Position numbers and translations under genes: made by a program. The notes beneath the pieces are model-generated. The model was not told where the DNA came from. It worked only from the letters and a program-made list of their open reading frames with translations, and made no database searches. From an uncultured Clostridia bacterium (GTDB lineage Bacteria; Bacillota; Clostridia; TANB77; CAG-508): a stretch of DNA of 64,000 nucleotides. Positions 1 to 10,684 of this stretch are shown piece by piece. The stretch is from positions 3,358 through 67,357 of the forward strand of contig CANRAY010000004.1 of assembly GCA_947628735.1 (NCBI GenBank). Reading direction: 5' to 3'. Position 1 is the stretch's first letter. The number at the start of each line of letters is the position of its first letter.

Positions 1-1
1 A

Positions 2-388
2 ATTTCAAATAATCAGACATTGGGATTAACAGAAAAAGAGATTATCAAAAATTTAAAAACAATTACAGATAAGGTAATTGAGCAAGAAAGATTAGCAAGA
101 AAGTATTTAACTAAAGATCCAGTATCTTTAGAAGATAGAGTTTATCGCTCATATGGTATCTTAAAATATGCAACAAAATTGACTTCAGATGAATGTAGAA
201 GATTATGGTCTGATGTAAAATTGGGAACAGACTTAGGAATTATAAAAGAATTGGATGATACAAAAGTGAATAAATTAAATCTATATACAAAGCCTGGAAA
301 TTTGCAAAAATATTTAGGAAAACAACTAGATGGCTATGATAGAGATATTAGGAGAACAGAAGTAATTAAACAAATTTTAGAGGAATAG
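2..388 (+). CDS. mcsB: Protein arginine kinase McsB, C-terminal part (runs off the 5' end of the window)
   Basis: The frame is open back to the window start. The tail (GLTEKEIIKNL...RSYGILKYA...) resembles the McsB C-terminus as I recall it. It sits immediately upstream of clpC, matching the conserved ctsR-mcsA-mcsB-clpC operon. Confidence 0.75.
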   Translation: MSNNQTLGLTEKEIIKNLKTITDKVIEQERLARKYLTKDPVSLEDRVYRSYGILKYATKLTSDECRRLWSDVKLGTDLGIIKELDDTKVNKLNLYTKPGNLQKYLGKQLDGYDRDIRRTEVIKQILEE

Positions 389-429
389 AATTTTACTGAA
401 AATATAGAAGAAAGGATATAATTGTAACT

Positions 430-2880
430 ATGATATATAAATTTACAAACCGAGCAGAAAAGGCAATTGAGTTTGCAAATCATATTGCAATGGAGTTAGG
501 TCATAATTATATTGGAACAGAACATTTATTATATGGTTTATCGAAGGAAGGAAATGGTGTTGCTAGTAAGGTATTAGAATCTCAAGGAGTTGTTCCAGAT
601 AAAATTGTTGAAGAAATAGAAACTTTAATTGGTGTTGGTGAACCTATAGAAGATTCTGATGAAGTTGGCTTCACTCCAAGGACAAAAAGAGTTATCGAAA
701 ATGCTTTTATTGAAGCTCGTAAATTGGGTTCAGAATTTATTGGAACAGAACATCTTTTGATTGGTATTATGCATGAGGGAGATAGTGTGGCTGTTAGAAT
801 TATGATGGATTTGGATGTTAACCCTCAGAAACTATATAATGAAATTGTAAAAGTAATACGAGAAGATGATAATGCTAATGAAGGAATGAATCAAAATAAT
901 GGAAAAGCAAAAGGAAGTTTCCATCAAACACCTACTTTAAATCAATTTGGAAATGATTTAACAAAACAGGCAACAGAAGGAAAGTTGGATCCTGTTATTG
1001 GTAGAAAAAATGAAATAGAAAGAGTAATACAAATTCTTTCTAGAAGAACAAAAAATAATCCATGTTTAATAGGAGAACCTGGTGTAGGAAAAACAGCAGT
1101 TGTTGAAGGTTTAGCTGAAAAGATCGTAGCAGAAGATGTACCAGAAACATTGAAAAATAAAAGAGTTGTTAGTTTAGATATTTCAAGTATGGTGGCTGGT
1201 GCTAAGTATAGAGGAGATTTTGAAGAAAGAATAAAGAAATGTTTATCAGAAGTAAAAAAAGCAGGAGATGTTATTTTATTTATTGATGAAATTCATACAA
1301 TAGTAGGTGCAGGTTCAGCAGAGGGAGCAGTTGATGCAGCTAATATTTTAAAACCTTTGTTAGCTAGAGGAGAAGTACAAGTAATTGGTGCTACTACTTT
1401 AAATGAATATCGTAAATATATTGAAAAAGATGCTGCCTTGGAAAGAAGATTTAGTCCAGTTACTGTTGGAGAACCAACTATAGAGGAAACAATTCAAATT
1501 TTGGAAGGAATCCAAGATAAATATGAAGCACATCATAATGTAAAAATTACACCGGAAGCAATTAAAGTTGCTGTTAATTTATCTGTTCGTTATATTAATG
1601 ATAGATTTTTACCAGATAAAGCTATAGATTTAGTAGATGAGGCAGCATCAAGAGTTAAAATGAAAACTTATACAATGCCAGATAATATTAAGGCATTGGA
1701 GGAAAAAATTGCAGAGTTAGATAAAGAAAAAGAAGATGCTATTCGTACTCAAGATTTTGAAAAAGCAGCAACTTTAAGGGATACTGAAAAATCTCAAAAG
1801 GAAAAATTAGAAAAAGAAAAGCAAAAATGGCAAAATAAAAATACAAGAAATGTAATTACGTTGACAGAAGAAGATATTGCTAGTGTTATTGCAAGTTGGA
1901 CAAATATACCAGCTAATAAAATTACACAAGATGAAAATGAAAAATTAAAAAATTTAGAGGAATCGTTGCATCAAAGAGTTATTGGACAGGACGAAGCAGT
2001 AAAAGCAGTTGCAAAAGCTATTAGAAGAGGTAGAGTAGGATTAAAAGATCCTAATAGACCAATTGGTTCATTCCTATTTTTAGGACCAACTGGAGTAGGA
2101 AAAACAGAACTTTCAAAAGCATTAGCAGAGAGCTTATTCGGAAATGAAAATGCTATGATAAGAGTTGATATGTCTGAATATATGGAGCCACATTCTGTTT
2201 CAAAATTAATTGGTTCACCTCCAGGATATGTTGGATATGATGAAGGAGGACAATTAACAGAAAAGATTAGAAGAAAACCATATGCTGTTATTCTTTTTGA
2301 TGAAATTGAGAAAGCACATCCAGATGTTATGAACATGTTATTACAGATCTTAGATGATGGAAGATTAACAGATGCAACAGGAAGAACAGTTAATTTTAAA
2401 AATACAGTTATTATTATGACATCTAATATTGGTGCAAGACTAATTACTGATAAAACAACTCTTGGATTTTCAGTAGGTAGTGATTCGGATGAAACTAGAC
2501 AAAAAGAATATGAAAATACTAAAAAAGATGTTATGTCTGAGTTAAAGAAACAATTTAGACCTGAATTTATTAATCGTATTGATGAAATTATCGTATTCCA
2601 TAAATTAAGCCAAGATGATATTGGAAAGATTATTGATATTATGCTAAAGCAAGTTCAAAATCGTTTGAAAGAACAAGAGATGAATGTTGAATTTGATAAC
2701 TCTGTTAAAGAATTTATTTCTAAAAAAGGAATTGATACAAACTATGGAGCACGTCCTTTAAAAAGAGCAATACAAAGCAATTTAGAGGATAGATTGGCTG
2801 AAGCTATTTTGGATGGTAAAATTCAAAAGAAAAAGTCAGTAAAAGTTTCTGTAGAGAATGATGAAGTGACAATTAAGTAA
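430..2880 (+). CDS. clpC: ATP-dependent Clp protease ATP-binding subunit ClpC
   Basis: 816 aa. Two Clp N-domain repeats, two AAA+ modules (Walker [10 protein letters not shown] and [10 protein letters not shown]), a UVR-like linker, and the C-terminal ClpB/ClpC D2-small domain. Confidence 0.95.
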   Translation: MIYKFTNRAEKAIEFANHIAMELGHNYIGTEHLLYGLSKEGNGVASKVLESQGVVPDKIVEEIETLIGVGEPIEDSDEVGFTPRTKRVIENAFIEARKLGSEFIGTEHLLIGIMHEGDSVAVRIMMDLDVNPQKLYNEIVKVIREDDNANEGMNQNNGKAKGSFHQTPTLNQFGNDLTKQATEGKLDPVIGRKNEIERVIQILSRRTKNNPCLIGEPGVGKTAVVEGLAEKIVAEDVPETLKNKRVVSLDISSMVAGAKYRGDFEERIKKCLSEVKKAGDVILFIDEIHTIVGAGSAEGAVDAANILKPLLARGEVQVIGATTLNEYRKYIEKDAALERRFSPVTVGEPTIEETIQILEGIQDKYEAHHNVKITPEAIKVAVNLSVRYINDRFLPDKAIDLVDEAASRVKMKTYTMPDNIKALEEKIAELDKEKEDAIRTQDFEKAATLRDTEKSQKEKLEKEKQKWQNKNTRNVITLTEEDIASVIASWTNIPANKITQDENEKLKNLEESLHQRVIGQDEAVKAVAKAIRRGRVGLKDPNRPIGSFLFLGPTGVGKTELSKALAESLFGNENAMIRVDMSEYMEPHSVSKLIGSPPGYVGYDEGGQLTEKIRRKPYAVILFDEIEKAHPDVMNMLLQILDDGRLTDATGRTVNFKNTVIIMTSNIGARLITDKTTLGFSVGSDSDETRQKEYENTKKDVMSELKKQFRPEFINRIDEIIVFHKLSQDDIGKIIDIMLKQVQNRLKEQEMNVEFDNSVKEFISKKGIDTNYGARPLKRAIQSNLEDRLAEAILDGKIQKKKSVKVSVENDEVTIK

Positions 2881-2912
2881 AGGCTAAAAGATGAGTTTCT
2901 ATTATAGGTTGT

Positions 2913-2952
2913 AAAAAATAAAGGCTTCCACAAATAAGTGGAAGCTTTTGTG
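2913..2952. terminator. Bidirectional intrinsic terminator between clpC and the convergent CDF gene
   Basis: 8-bp stem GCTTCCAC / GTGGAAGC with loop aaataa. It is flanked by an A-run upstream and TTTTG downstream. Confidence 0.6.
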
Positions 2953-2964
2953 ATTGAATTTTAT

Positions 2965-3825
2965 TTATATTGGATTAACGTGAATAATTGTTTTATGTAT
3001 ATTTTCTAATTTTGTAATTTCTTTTTCTAAATTATCTGCTAAATTGTGACTATCGAAAGTAGACATATTTCCATCTACATAGATAGTTATTACAACAAGA
3101 TATTGATATCCAACTGGAGTAGATGAAATTTTATCTACTTTTTGAATTTCTGGATATTGTTTGATTTTTTTCATAATAACATCTAGAGTTGGAGAATCAA
3201 TAGCAATATCCATTAATACGTTATAGCTTTCTATAAAAATTTTAATTCCAGTATAGCAAATCCAAATAGAAATGCCTATTCCAACAATTCCATCTAAAGA
3301 GTAAATACCAAATAAACTAGACAAAATAGAAATTAAAGTAAAAGTTGTTACAATGCAGTCATTTCTATGATCTTTTTGATTTGCCTCTAGTAAAATATTA
3401 TGATATTTTTTTGATAATCTATGAGTGTATATAAATAGTGCTAATTTTACAATAATTGTGATAATACATACTAATACTAAAAGCCAAGAAAATGTTAGTT
3501 GATGGTGTGATACTAATGATGAGATGGAATCATAGAATAGTTTAAAAGAAACAAGAATCATAGCAATACTTATAAATAGTGAAAATATATATTCTGCTTT
3601 TCCATGGCCAAAGTTATGAGATTCATCATCTGGTTCACTAGCAATTTTATTTCCAATGAAGGTCATTAATGATGCGAAAATGTCACCTGCACTATTAGCT
3701 GCATCTGCAATCATTGCTTGACTACCACTTAAAAATCCAACTGTAGCTTTTATAACTAGTAAAAAAATATTACCAAAGATACCTAAAATTCCGGCTCTTT
3801 TAGTAATTTCAAATCTATTATTCAT
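2965..3825 (-). CDS. Cation diffusion facilitator (CDF) family divalent-metal efflux transporter
   Basis: 286 aa with six predicted TM helices. CDF-type His/Asp-rich metal site (HNFGHGKAE). C-terminal cytoplasmic cation-efflux domain. Confidence 0.8.
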   Translation of the reverse strand: MNNRFEITKRAGILGIFGNIFLLVIKATVGFLSGSQAMIADAANSAGDIFASLMTFIGNKIASEPDDESHNFGHGKAEYIFSLFISIAMILVSFKLFYDSISSLVSHHQLTFSWLLVLVCIITIIVKLALFIYTHRLSKKYHNILLEANQKDHRNDCIVTTFTLISILSSLFGIYSLDGIVGIGISIWICYTGIKIFIESYNVLMDIAIDSPTLDVIMKKIKQYPEIQKVDKISSTPVGYQYLVVITIYVDGNMSTFDSHNLADNLEKEITKLENIHKTIIHVNPI

Positions 3826-3969
3826 ATTAAGACTCCTATTAAGACGTTAGGTTTCATTATATCATATATATGTGATAAGGCAATAGAAAATGTAAAAATT
3901 AATTTTTCTTGCACATAAATTAAGATAATGCTATAATAAAAGAGATGTATAATAAAGAAAGGTACTAAT

Positions 3970-4317
3970 ATGGATCTGTTAGTCATAGTATATATATTAA
4001 TTTTTGTTATTTTTGCTTTGATTGCTTTTTCTGTTATGCAAATACGTATGGCTGGTATAAAAATAAGGGATTTTTGGGGATTTATTCAAGCAAATCAATT
4101 GTTAGATAGACTTTATGTTTTTTCAAAGCGTTGTTCAATGATGACTCCACAAGAACAAATTATTTTTTTGAGCCAGGCAGAAGAAGTTTTTCAGGCTTTT
4201 GATAAGATACCACCAATTATTTGGGAGGATGAATATAGAAAGTATCAAGAAGTGTTAGAAGCATATAAAAATATTCGTGTTGAAAGGTGGCAAAAAAAAG
4301 AGCAAACAATTAAGTAA
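3970..4317 (+). CDS. Hypothetical small membrane-anchored protein
   Basis: 115 aa with an N-terminal TM helix. No recognisable motif. Confidence 0.4.
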   Translation: MDLLVIVYILIFVIFALIAFSVMQIRMAGIKIRDFWGFIQANQLLDRLYVFSKRCSMMTPQEQIIFLSQAEEVFQAFDKIPPIIWEDEYRKYQEVLEAYKNIRVERWQKKEQTIK

Positions 4318-4394
4318 GTTAATATAGGTAATAAAGGAAAAAATATTGCATATAATAAAATATGCGATATTTTTTTGTGTGAAAAGAGGGTTTT

Positions 4395-5540
4395 ATGAAA
4401 ATTAGATATTTTGATCATGCAGCTACTACTTATGTAAAAGAAGATGTTATTAAAGAAATGATTCCATATTTTGGGGAATGTTATGGAAATGCATCTGCAA
4501 TGTATAGTTTGGGAAGAAAGTCTAAATATGCAATGGATAAATCAAGAAATAAGATAGCAAATGCAATAGGTGCTAGTTCTCATGAAATTTATTTTACATC
4601 TTGTGGGAGTGAAAGTGATAATTTAGGGGTTAAAGGTGTAGCTTATGCAAATAAAGATAAAGGAAATCATATTATTACCTCAAAAATAGAACATCATGCT
4701 GTATTAAATAGTTGTAAATCTTTAGAAAAACAAGGATTTGAAGTAACGTACTTGAATGTTCAACCTAATGGAATGGTTGACTTGAATGAGTTAGTTACTA
4801 GTATACGAGATGATACGATTTTAATTAGTATTATGACTGCTAATAATGAAATTGGAACTATCCAACCAATAGAGGAAATCGGAAAGATTGCGCATCATTA
4901 TAATATTTTGTTTCATACAGATGCTGTTCAAGCGATTGGAAATATAAAAATAAATGTAAAAGAAATGAATATTGACTTGTTATCTATGTCTGGACATAAA
5001 TTTTATGCTCCTAAAGGAGTAGGTGCTTTGTATGTAAAAGAAGGAGTTAAATTTGAAAAGATACAAGATGGAGGGCATCAGGAACATAATAAAAGAGCGG
5101 GAACAGAAAATGTTGCTCAAATAGTAGGAATGGGCAAGGCAATTGAATTAATTTATCAGGATTTTGAAAAATATAATAAGCATTTACTAGATTTAAGAGA
5201 ATTCTATTTTTCAGAAATAGAAAAGCAAATTCCAAATATAAAAATAAATGGAGATCGTGAGAAAAGGTTACCGGGAAATAGTAATATTTCTTTTTCAGGA
5301 GTGGATGCACAGGAATTATTATTTAAATTAGATGAAATAGGTATTTGTGCATCAGCAGTATCTGCTTGTTCTACTGGAGATCCTGTTCCTTCACATGTAT
5401 TAACAGCAATAGGATTAGATCAAAATTTGGCTAATAGCACTTTAAGAGTTACTTTTGGAGAGTCTAATACAAAAGAAGATGTTGAATTTTTGATTGATAA
5501 TTTAAAAAGGTTAACGTATGAGTTAAGAAAAAATATATAA
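4395..5540 (+). CDS. Cysteine desulfurase (NifS/IscS, aminotransferase class V)
   Basis: 381 aa. Contains the FDHAATT start, the PLP-lysine region SGHKFYAPKGVGALYV, and the C-terminal Cys loop (SAVSACSTG). Confidence 0.9.
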   Translation: MKIRYFDHAATTYVKEDVIKEMIPYFGECYGNASAMYSLGRKSKYAMDKSRNKIANAIGASSHEIYFTSCGSESDNLGVKGVAYANKDKGNHIITSKIEHHAVLNSCKSLEKQGFEVTYLNVQPNGMVDLNELVTSIRDDTILISIMTANNEIGTIQPIEEIGKIAHHYNILFHTDAVQAIGNIKINVKEMNIDLLSMSGHKFYAPKGVGALYVKEGVKFEKIQDGGHQEHNKRAGTENVAQIVGMGKAIELIYQDFEKYNKHLLDLREFYFSEIEKQIPNIKINGDREKRLPGNSNISFSGVDAQELLFKLDEIGICASAVSACSTGDPVPSHVLTAIGLDQNLANSTLRVTFGESNTKEDVEFLIDNLKRLTYELRKNI

Positions 5541-5569
5541 AAAAACTAGCCATAAAGCTAGTTTTTTTA
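5540..5569. terminator. Bidirectional intrinsic terminator
   Basis: AAAAAACTAGC-cataaa-GCTAGTTTTTTT is a perfect hairpin with A/T runs on both sides. It serves the + cysteine desulfurase and the - XRE gene. Confidence 0.65.
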
Positions 5570-5609
5570 TATAATATATTTACCTATAAGTTAATATTAA
5601 AATAAGAAG

Positions 5610-5822
5610 TTACTGTTTTTTATCTGGAATGTACTCTAATAAGTCAGATATTTCACAATTAAATGCTTGGCAAATTCTATCTAATTGTGATACATCAAAA
5701 CGTTTACATTCTTCATAATACATTTTTGAAATTGTTGCAGGTCTAATATGAGTCATATCGGATAAAGCTTTTTGTGTCATTTTATATTTACCTAGTAAAT
5801 CAGAGATTTTTATTTTAATCAT
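5610..5822 (-). CDS. XRE/Cro-C1 family helix-turn-helix transcriptional regulator
   Basis: 70 aa. The HTH signature is LLGKYKMTQKALSDMTHIRPATISKM. Confidence 0.8.
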   Translation of the reverse strand: MIKIKISDLLGKYKMTQKALSDMTHIRPATISKMYYEECKRFDVSQLDRICQAFNCEISDLLEYIPDKKQ

Positions 5823-5987
5823 TCTTTTTAATTTTCCTCCATCTAAGTTTTGCTACAAGTCGAATAATGTCATATTTTGTCTGGTGCTTGTATTTTAACA
5901 TGGTGTGTATTAAAATTACATATGGAACTTAAAATATAACGATAAGAGTAAGAAAAAGTCTAGTAGACGTAAAAAGGAAGAGATAAT

Positions 5988-6251
5988 ATGAAAATTAAAA
6001 AAACGAATGAAAAAAAACAGGGACTGAAAAATTGTTTACAAAAAGATGATAGAAAATGGAAGGAAGGAAATCATAAGTATTTATCAGAATTGCAACTTTT
6101 TTTTGATAGGGTTGAAGAAATTAAAGATTTACATTTAAAACAGGATATTATAAGTCAAATGTTGCAGTGTGATAAAGCACTTACTGAAATTGCAGAAGAG
6201 ATGTTTTACTATTATTATGAACAAGGCTATCAAAAGGCAAAAGAGGAATAA
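5988..6251 (+). CDS. Hypothetical small helical protein (weak Spo0E-like resemblance)
   Basis: 87 aa, diverging from the XRE regulator. It has an SQML.CD segment loosely like the SQELD motif of Spo0E-family phosphatases. Unverified. Confidence 0.35.
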   Translation: MKIKKTNEKKQGLKNCLQKDDRKWKEGNHKYLSELQLFFDRVEEIKDLHLKQDIISQMLQCDKALTEIAEEMFYYYYEQGYQKAKEE

Positions 6252-6300
6252 TTAAAAAAAAATAGTCCATACTAATAAAAAATATTTATGGTGTGGAAAA

Positions 6301-6645
6301 ATGAAAATTGCTTTTATTGGTATAATAGCTGGTATTATTAGTGGATTATTTGCATCAGGAGGAGGACTTATTTTAGTACCAATTTATACTTATTTTATGA
6401 AATTAGATGAGAAACAAGCAAGAGCAACATCATTATTTTGTATTTTACCAATGGTTGTTATAACTGCATTAGTATATGGAAGAAATGATTTTATTGATTG
6501 GCAGATTGGAATAAGGTGTGCTATAGGAGGAATTATAGGAGGACTTATAGGAAGTAAACTACTAAATGTAATACCAGAAAGATATTTACAAATTTCATTC
6601 ATATTATTTTTGTTTTATGCAGGTATTCGTATTTTATTAAAATAA
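6301..6645 (+). CDS. TSUP (TauE/SafE, DUF81) family half-transporter, N-terminal 4-TM unit
   Basis: 114 aa. Gly-rich TM helices (GIISGLFASGGGLILVP) typical of TSUP repeat units. Confidence 0.7.
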   Translation: MKIAFIGIIAGIISGLFASGGGLILVPIYTYFMKLDEKQARATSLFCILPMVVITALVYGRNDFIDWQIGIRCAIGGIIGGLIGSKLLNVIPERYLQISFILFLFYAGIRILLK

Positions 6646-6661
6646 ATGAAAGGAAAATGTA

Positions 6662-7051
6662 ATGGAAATTATTATTGGAGTTGTTGCTGGTATTGTTGGC
6701 GGTTTGGGAATGGGAGGAGGAACAATTTTGATTCTTCTCCTTTCTTTATTATTGGATATAGAACAGCATATTGCACAGGCTACAAATGTCATTTTTTTTG
6801 TTCCAACTGCTGTTTCAGCTATTATTGTTAGTTTAAAAAATCATAATATAAATATAAAGATTGGAATTCCTGTAATAATATGGGGATGTATAGGAGCTTT
6901 TGTTGGTGCTGAGATTTCAACTTATATGGATGTGGGAATTTTAAGAAAATGTTTTGGGGCCTTTTTAATTATTGTTGCTATTTATCAATCTTATGAGTAT
7001 ATAAAAAATAAAAAGAGACATACTAATGAAAAGCAAAAAAAAGGAGGATAG
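6662..7051 (+). CDS. TSUP (TauE/SafE, DUF81) family half-transporter, C-terminal 4-TM unit
   Basis: 129 aa. GIVGGLGMGGGTILI motif. Has its own SD (AAAGGA) 8 nt upstream and starts 16 nt after the previous stop. Confidence 0.7.
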   Translation: MEIIIGVVAGIVGGLGMGGGTILILLLSLLLDIEQHIAQATNVIFFVPTAVSAIIVSLKNHNINIKIGIPVIIWGCIGAFVGAEISTYMDVGILRKCFGAFLIIVAIYQSYEYIKNKKRHTNEKQKKGG

Positions 7052-7053
7052 AT

Positions 7054-7200
7054 ATGAATATGAAATTTGTAAAAGGAATGATTATAGGAGGATTAATTTC
7101 AGCTGGAGTAGCTATGATGTGTACAGAAACAATGCAACCAAGTAAAAAGAAAATGATGAAAATGGGAAAACAATTTGCAAGGAAAATGGGAATGTTATAA
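7054..7200 (+). CDS. Small (48 aa) membrane protein with a Lys/Met-rich tail
   Basis: Strong SD (AAAGGAGGA) followed by ATG. One TM segment, then KKKMMKMGKQFARKMGML. Below the size cutoff of the ORF track. Confidence 0.35.
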   Translation: MNMKFVKGMIIGGLISAGVAMMCTETMQPSKKKMMKMGKQFARKMGML

Positions 7201-7202
7201 AT

Positions 7203-7237
7203 ATAAAAATCAGTCGTAAATCACGACTGATTTTTTA
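7203..7237. terminator. Bidirectional intrinsic terminator
   Basis: ATCAGTCG-taaatca-CGACTGAT hairpin followed by TTTTTT. Confidence 0.65.
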
Positions 7238-7238
7238 T

Positions 7239-7681
7239 CTAGTTTTCTGTTTCACACGATCTTTCGCATTTGTCTGGTTTCATTGTTTCACAGTCATTTT
7301 TAGGGCAATCTAATTTTACACCTTTTAAGCATTTACCATTATGCTCACATTTTGTACATACTTTACAATGTTTTACTTCATTTACCCAAATTTCTATTTC
7401 ATAGAATTTGTTTGCACAAAGAGGTCCAAATACGAATTCACCATTTTTATCTGTGAATGTATGAGAAACAGGTCTTCTGTCTTCTTTTCCACAATCTTTA
7501 ACTACCTCTACTAATTTTACTACTGCGTCACAAATAGGATCTTTATAACAATCTTTTACAATACCATAAATAACAGAACGATTATCTTCAGGAAGAGTAA
7601 TGTCTAAATCAAATTGTGTGCCTGTAGCTAAAACTCCATCTACATTTAAAACTGGACATATATTTTTTTCATAATCCATAA
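7239..7681 (-). CDS. Cys-rich protein with a prealbumin-like (CarboxypepD_reg-type) domain; possible spore-coat or surface protein
   Basis: The likely true start is the internal ATG (MDYEKN...) preceded by AAAGGA. The domain pattern is VIYGIVKD...TDKNGEFVFGPL. The C-terminal tail has about 12 Cys. The ORF-track N-terminal extension lies in AT-rich promoter DNA and is probably not coding. Confidence 0.5.
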
Positions 7682-7826
7682 TTTTTTCATCCTTTCTTAA
7701 GTAATTGTTATAATATATAGTATTCAATATAGAAAAAAAGGTGATATTTTTGTAGAAAAATGTTTTATAGTGATGTATAATATTATGGCTAACCAAGGAA
7801 TATAATACTGGAAGGAGGTTGAAAAG

Positions 7827-8615
7827 ATGGATAATAGACCAATTGGAATGTTTGATTCAGGAGTAGGAGGAATTACTGTTTTTCAAGAAGTAAGAAAAAA
7901 ATTACCAAATGAAGATATTATTTATATTGGAGATACAGCAAGTTTTCCTTATGGAAGTAAATCTAAAGAAACAATTATAGAACTTACTAAGAAAAGAATT
8001 GAAGATTTAATTCAAAAAAATGTAAAACTTATTGTTATTGCTTGTGGAACGGCAACCAGTCAAGCTTTGGAAGAAGTAAAAAAATTATATGATGTACCAA
8101 TCATAGGAATTATTGAACCTACAATAGAATATTTGCAAAAAAAGAATTATCATAATATAGGGGTTATTGCAACAACAGGTACAATAAGAAGTAAAGGTTG
8201 GCAAAAAGCAATAAATGATAAAATACCCAATTGTCTTATACAGGCTAAGGCTTGTCCTCTTTTAGCTCCTATGGCAGAAGAAGGTTGGATAGAAAATGAA
8301 ATTGCAAAATTAACTGTACATGAATATATGAAAGAAATGAAAAATGTGGAAGCACTTATTTTAGGATGTACTCATTATCCTCTTTTTAGAGAGTTAATTG
8401 TTAGTGAATTAAGTTCTAATGTAGAAGTTATTAATACCGGAGAAATGGTATCTAATGCAGTAGAATTATATATACAAGAACATAATTTAAAAAATATGAA
8501 AAATAGTGAGGCGAATTATCAAATATATTTAACAGATACAGAATGTAATTTTATAGAGGTAGCAAAAATATTGTTAAAAGATGAAGATATTGTAAGACAT
8601 ATACAGAAAATATAA
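7827..8615 (+). CDS. murI: Glutamate racemase
   Basis: 262 aa. Contains GMFDSGVGGITV, the catalytic Cys in IACGTAT and the second Cys in GCTHYP. Confidence 0.95.
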   Translation: MDNRPIGMFDSGVGGITVFQEVRKKLPNEDIIYIGDTASFPYGSKSKETIIELTKKRIEDLIQKNVKLIVIACGTATSQALEEVKKLYDVPIIGIIEPTIEYLQKKNYHNIGVIATTGTIRSKGWQKAINDKIPNCLIQAKACPLLAPMAEEGWIENEIAKLTVHEYMKEMKNVEALILGCTHYPLFRELIVSELSSNVEVINTGEMVSNAVELYIQEHNLKNMKNSEANYQIYLTDTECNFIEVAKILLKDEDIVRHIQKI

Positions 8616-8644
8616 TAAAACTAATAATATAGGAGGGACAGAAG

Positions 8645-9754
8645 ATGGAAAGATATTATTTTACTTCAGAAAGTGTAACAGAGGGACATCCAGATAAATT
8701 ATGTGATATGATTTCAGATAGCATTTTAGATGCTTATTTGGGACAAGATGAAAATTCTAGAGTTGCAGTTGAGACTTTTGCATCAAAAGGTCAAATTACT
8801 ATAGCAGGACAAGTAACCTCAAAAGCAGAGATAGATATTGAAAAAATTGTGAGAGATACAATAAAAGAAATTGGATATGATAATGAGGAATTAGATATAG
8901 ATTATAGAACTTGCAAGGTAGATATTAATATAACAAAACAAAGTCAAGATATTGCTATGGGAGTTGATATAGGAGGGGCTGGAGATCAAGGTATCATGTT
9001 TGGATATGCTTGTGATGAAACACAAAATTATATGCCATATGCTATTGATTTAGCTCATAAACTTGCAAAGCGTTTAACAGATGTACGAAAAGAAAATATT
9101 TTGCCATATCTAAGACCTGATGGAAAAACACAAGTAACAGTAGAATATGAAAATGATAAACCAAAAAGAATTGAAACAATATTGATTTCAACTCAACATA
9201 GCGAAGATGTTCAAATGGACAAGCTAAAAGATGATATTAAAAAATTTGTTATCAAAGAAGTTGTTCCACAGGATATGTTAGATGAAAAAACTAAAATTTA
9301 TATTAATCCTACAGGTAGATTTGTTATTGGTGGACCATTAGGGGATACTGGTTTAACCGGAAGAAAAATTATTGTAGATACTTATGGTGGTTACAGTAGA
9401 CATGGTGGAGGTGCTTTTTCTGGTAAGGATGCTAGTAAAGTAGATAGATCAGCTGCATATATGTTAAGGCATATTGCAAAAAATATTGTAGCTAATCATT
9501 TGGCTAGAAAGTGTGAAATTCAGATAGCATATGCTATTGGAATGGAAGAACCTTTAGCTGTTTATGTTAATACATTTGGAACTGGTACTAAATCAGATGA
9601 AGAATTAGCTAATCTTATTAAAGAAAAATTTGATTTAACACCAAATGGAATTATTAAATATTTGCAATTAAAGAAACCAATTTACCATCAAACTACTAAC
9701 TATGGACATTTTGGAAAAGAGTATTTACCATGGGAAAAAGTAATTAAATTATAA
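8645..9754 (+). CDS. metK: S-adenosylmethionine synthetase
   Basis: [16 protein letters not shown] and [19 protein letters not shown] signatures, and high similarity to Bacillus MetK. Begins 30 nt after murI with no leader. Confidence 0.93.
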   Translation: MERYYFTSESVTEGHPDKLCDMISDSILDAYLGQDENSRVAVETFASKGQITIAGQVTSKAEIDIEKIVRDTIKEIGYDNEELDIDYRTCKVDINITKQSQDIAMGVDIGGAGDQGIMFGYACDETQNYMPYAIDLAHKLAKRLTDVRKENILPYLRPDGKTQVTVEYENDKPKRIETILISTQHSEDVQMDKLKDDIKKFVIKEVVPQDMLDEKTKIYINPTGRFVIGGPLGDTGLTGRKIIVDTYGGYSRHGGGAFSGKDASKVDRSAAYMLRHIAKNIVANHLARKCEIQIAYAIGMEEPLAVYVNTFGTGTKSDEELANLIKEKFDLTPNGIIKYLQLKKPIYHQTTNYGHFGKEYLPWEKVIKL

Positions 9755-9817
9755 AATAGTAATAAACCTTCATATACAAGCATATAATTGTAATATCTTG
9801 TATATGGAGGTATTTTT

Positions 9818-9997
9818 ATGTTTTTTGTTCTTAATAAATCAAAAATTTATACATATGCAATTGCATTAACAACAGTTATAGTTTTATTTGTAGCAGTTTC
9901 TAAAATTGATAATATAGTATCTCCTAATAATGCAGTAGTAGAAACATCTACTAATATTGTCGAAAATATTATATTTGAAAATGAAGTTCATGAATAA
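9818..9997 (+). CDS. Small (59 aa) hydrophobic protein
   Basis: GGAGG SD followed by ATG. One TM helix. Below the ORF-track cutoff. Confidence 0.3.
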   Translation: MFFVLNKSKIYTYAIALTTVIVLFVAVSKIDNIVSPNNAVVETSTNIVENIIFENEVHE

Positions 9998-10055
9998 ATA
10001 AGGTAAAAAAAGGAACAATATTAACATATACATAGTAAATAAAGGAGAAGAAAGG

Positions 10056-10583
10056 ATGTCTTTTATAGGGGTTATAACAAATCCAAAAAATGAAGGATAT
10101 ATACAAAGTATGTTAGCTGATATTTTTCCTACTAAAAATCTTCAATTTATTTGTGATAAAAATATTCAAAATATGAGAAATATTTATTTTGAAGTGTTAT
10201 TGATTGATAAAATGATTAAAGAAAAAGTATCTCTAAAGAAAGTTATATCTCATACAAAATATATTATTTTGAATTCAGATTTAAATATTGGAGATAAATT
10301 ATTAGAGAATTTAGATTTAACAGTTATAACATATGGATTTCATAACAAATCGACTATTAGTATTTCAAGTGTAGAAGAAAATAATGTTATTATTTGTTTG
10401 CAGAGAATGATTAAAAACTTACAGGGAGAAGAAATTGAACCGCAGGAATTTGAAATAATTAAACCAGAAAATATGGAAATAAATTCGTTACTTGGAACAA
10501 TAGGAATTCAGTTAATGTATGATAAAAGCCGATTTAAAGAAATTTCAAATCCTCTAAAATTTACAAATTTTGATAAAAAATAA
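10056..10583 (+). CDS. Hypothetical protein
   Basis: 175 aa. No recognisable motif. Confidence 0.45.
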   Translation: MSFIGVITNPKNEGYIQSMLADIFPTKNLQFICDKNIQNMRNIYFEVLLIDKMIKEKVSLKKVISHTKYIILNSDLNIGDKLLENLDLTVITYGFHNKSTISISSVEENNVIICLQRMIKNLQGEEIEPQEFEIIKPENMEINSLLGTIGIQLMYDKSRFKEISNPLKFTNFDKK

Positions 10584-10684
10584 CATTTTATGTAGACAAA
10601 ACCAAAAAAAAGTTGTATAATAGAAAATGTGTTAAACAGAGAATAAACAAAGAACAAGATGAATAAGATTAAAATAAGAAACAA

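Noticed and set aside
1971-2336. Antisense or embedded ORFs inside well-supported genes, for example 1971-2336, 5047-5310, 13679-13999, 20932-21219, 27791-28000, 54212-54409, 54689-55140, 57743-58012 and 59957-60325
   Set aside because: They overlap strongly supported genes in other frames or on the other strand. They have low-complexity composition and no translation signals.
6646-6831. 61-aa Cys/Trp-rich ORF overlapping the second TSUP half-gene
   Set aside because: It is an alternative frame of a Gly-rich (GGN-repeat) membrane gene. The composition is a frame artefact.
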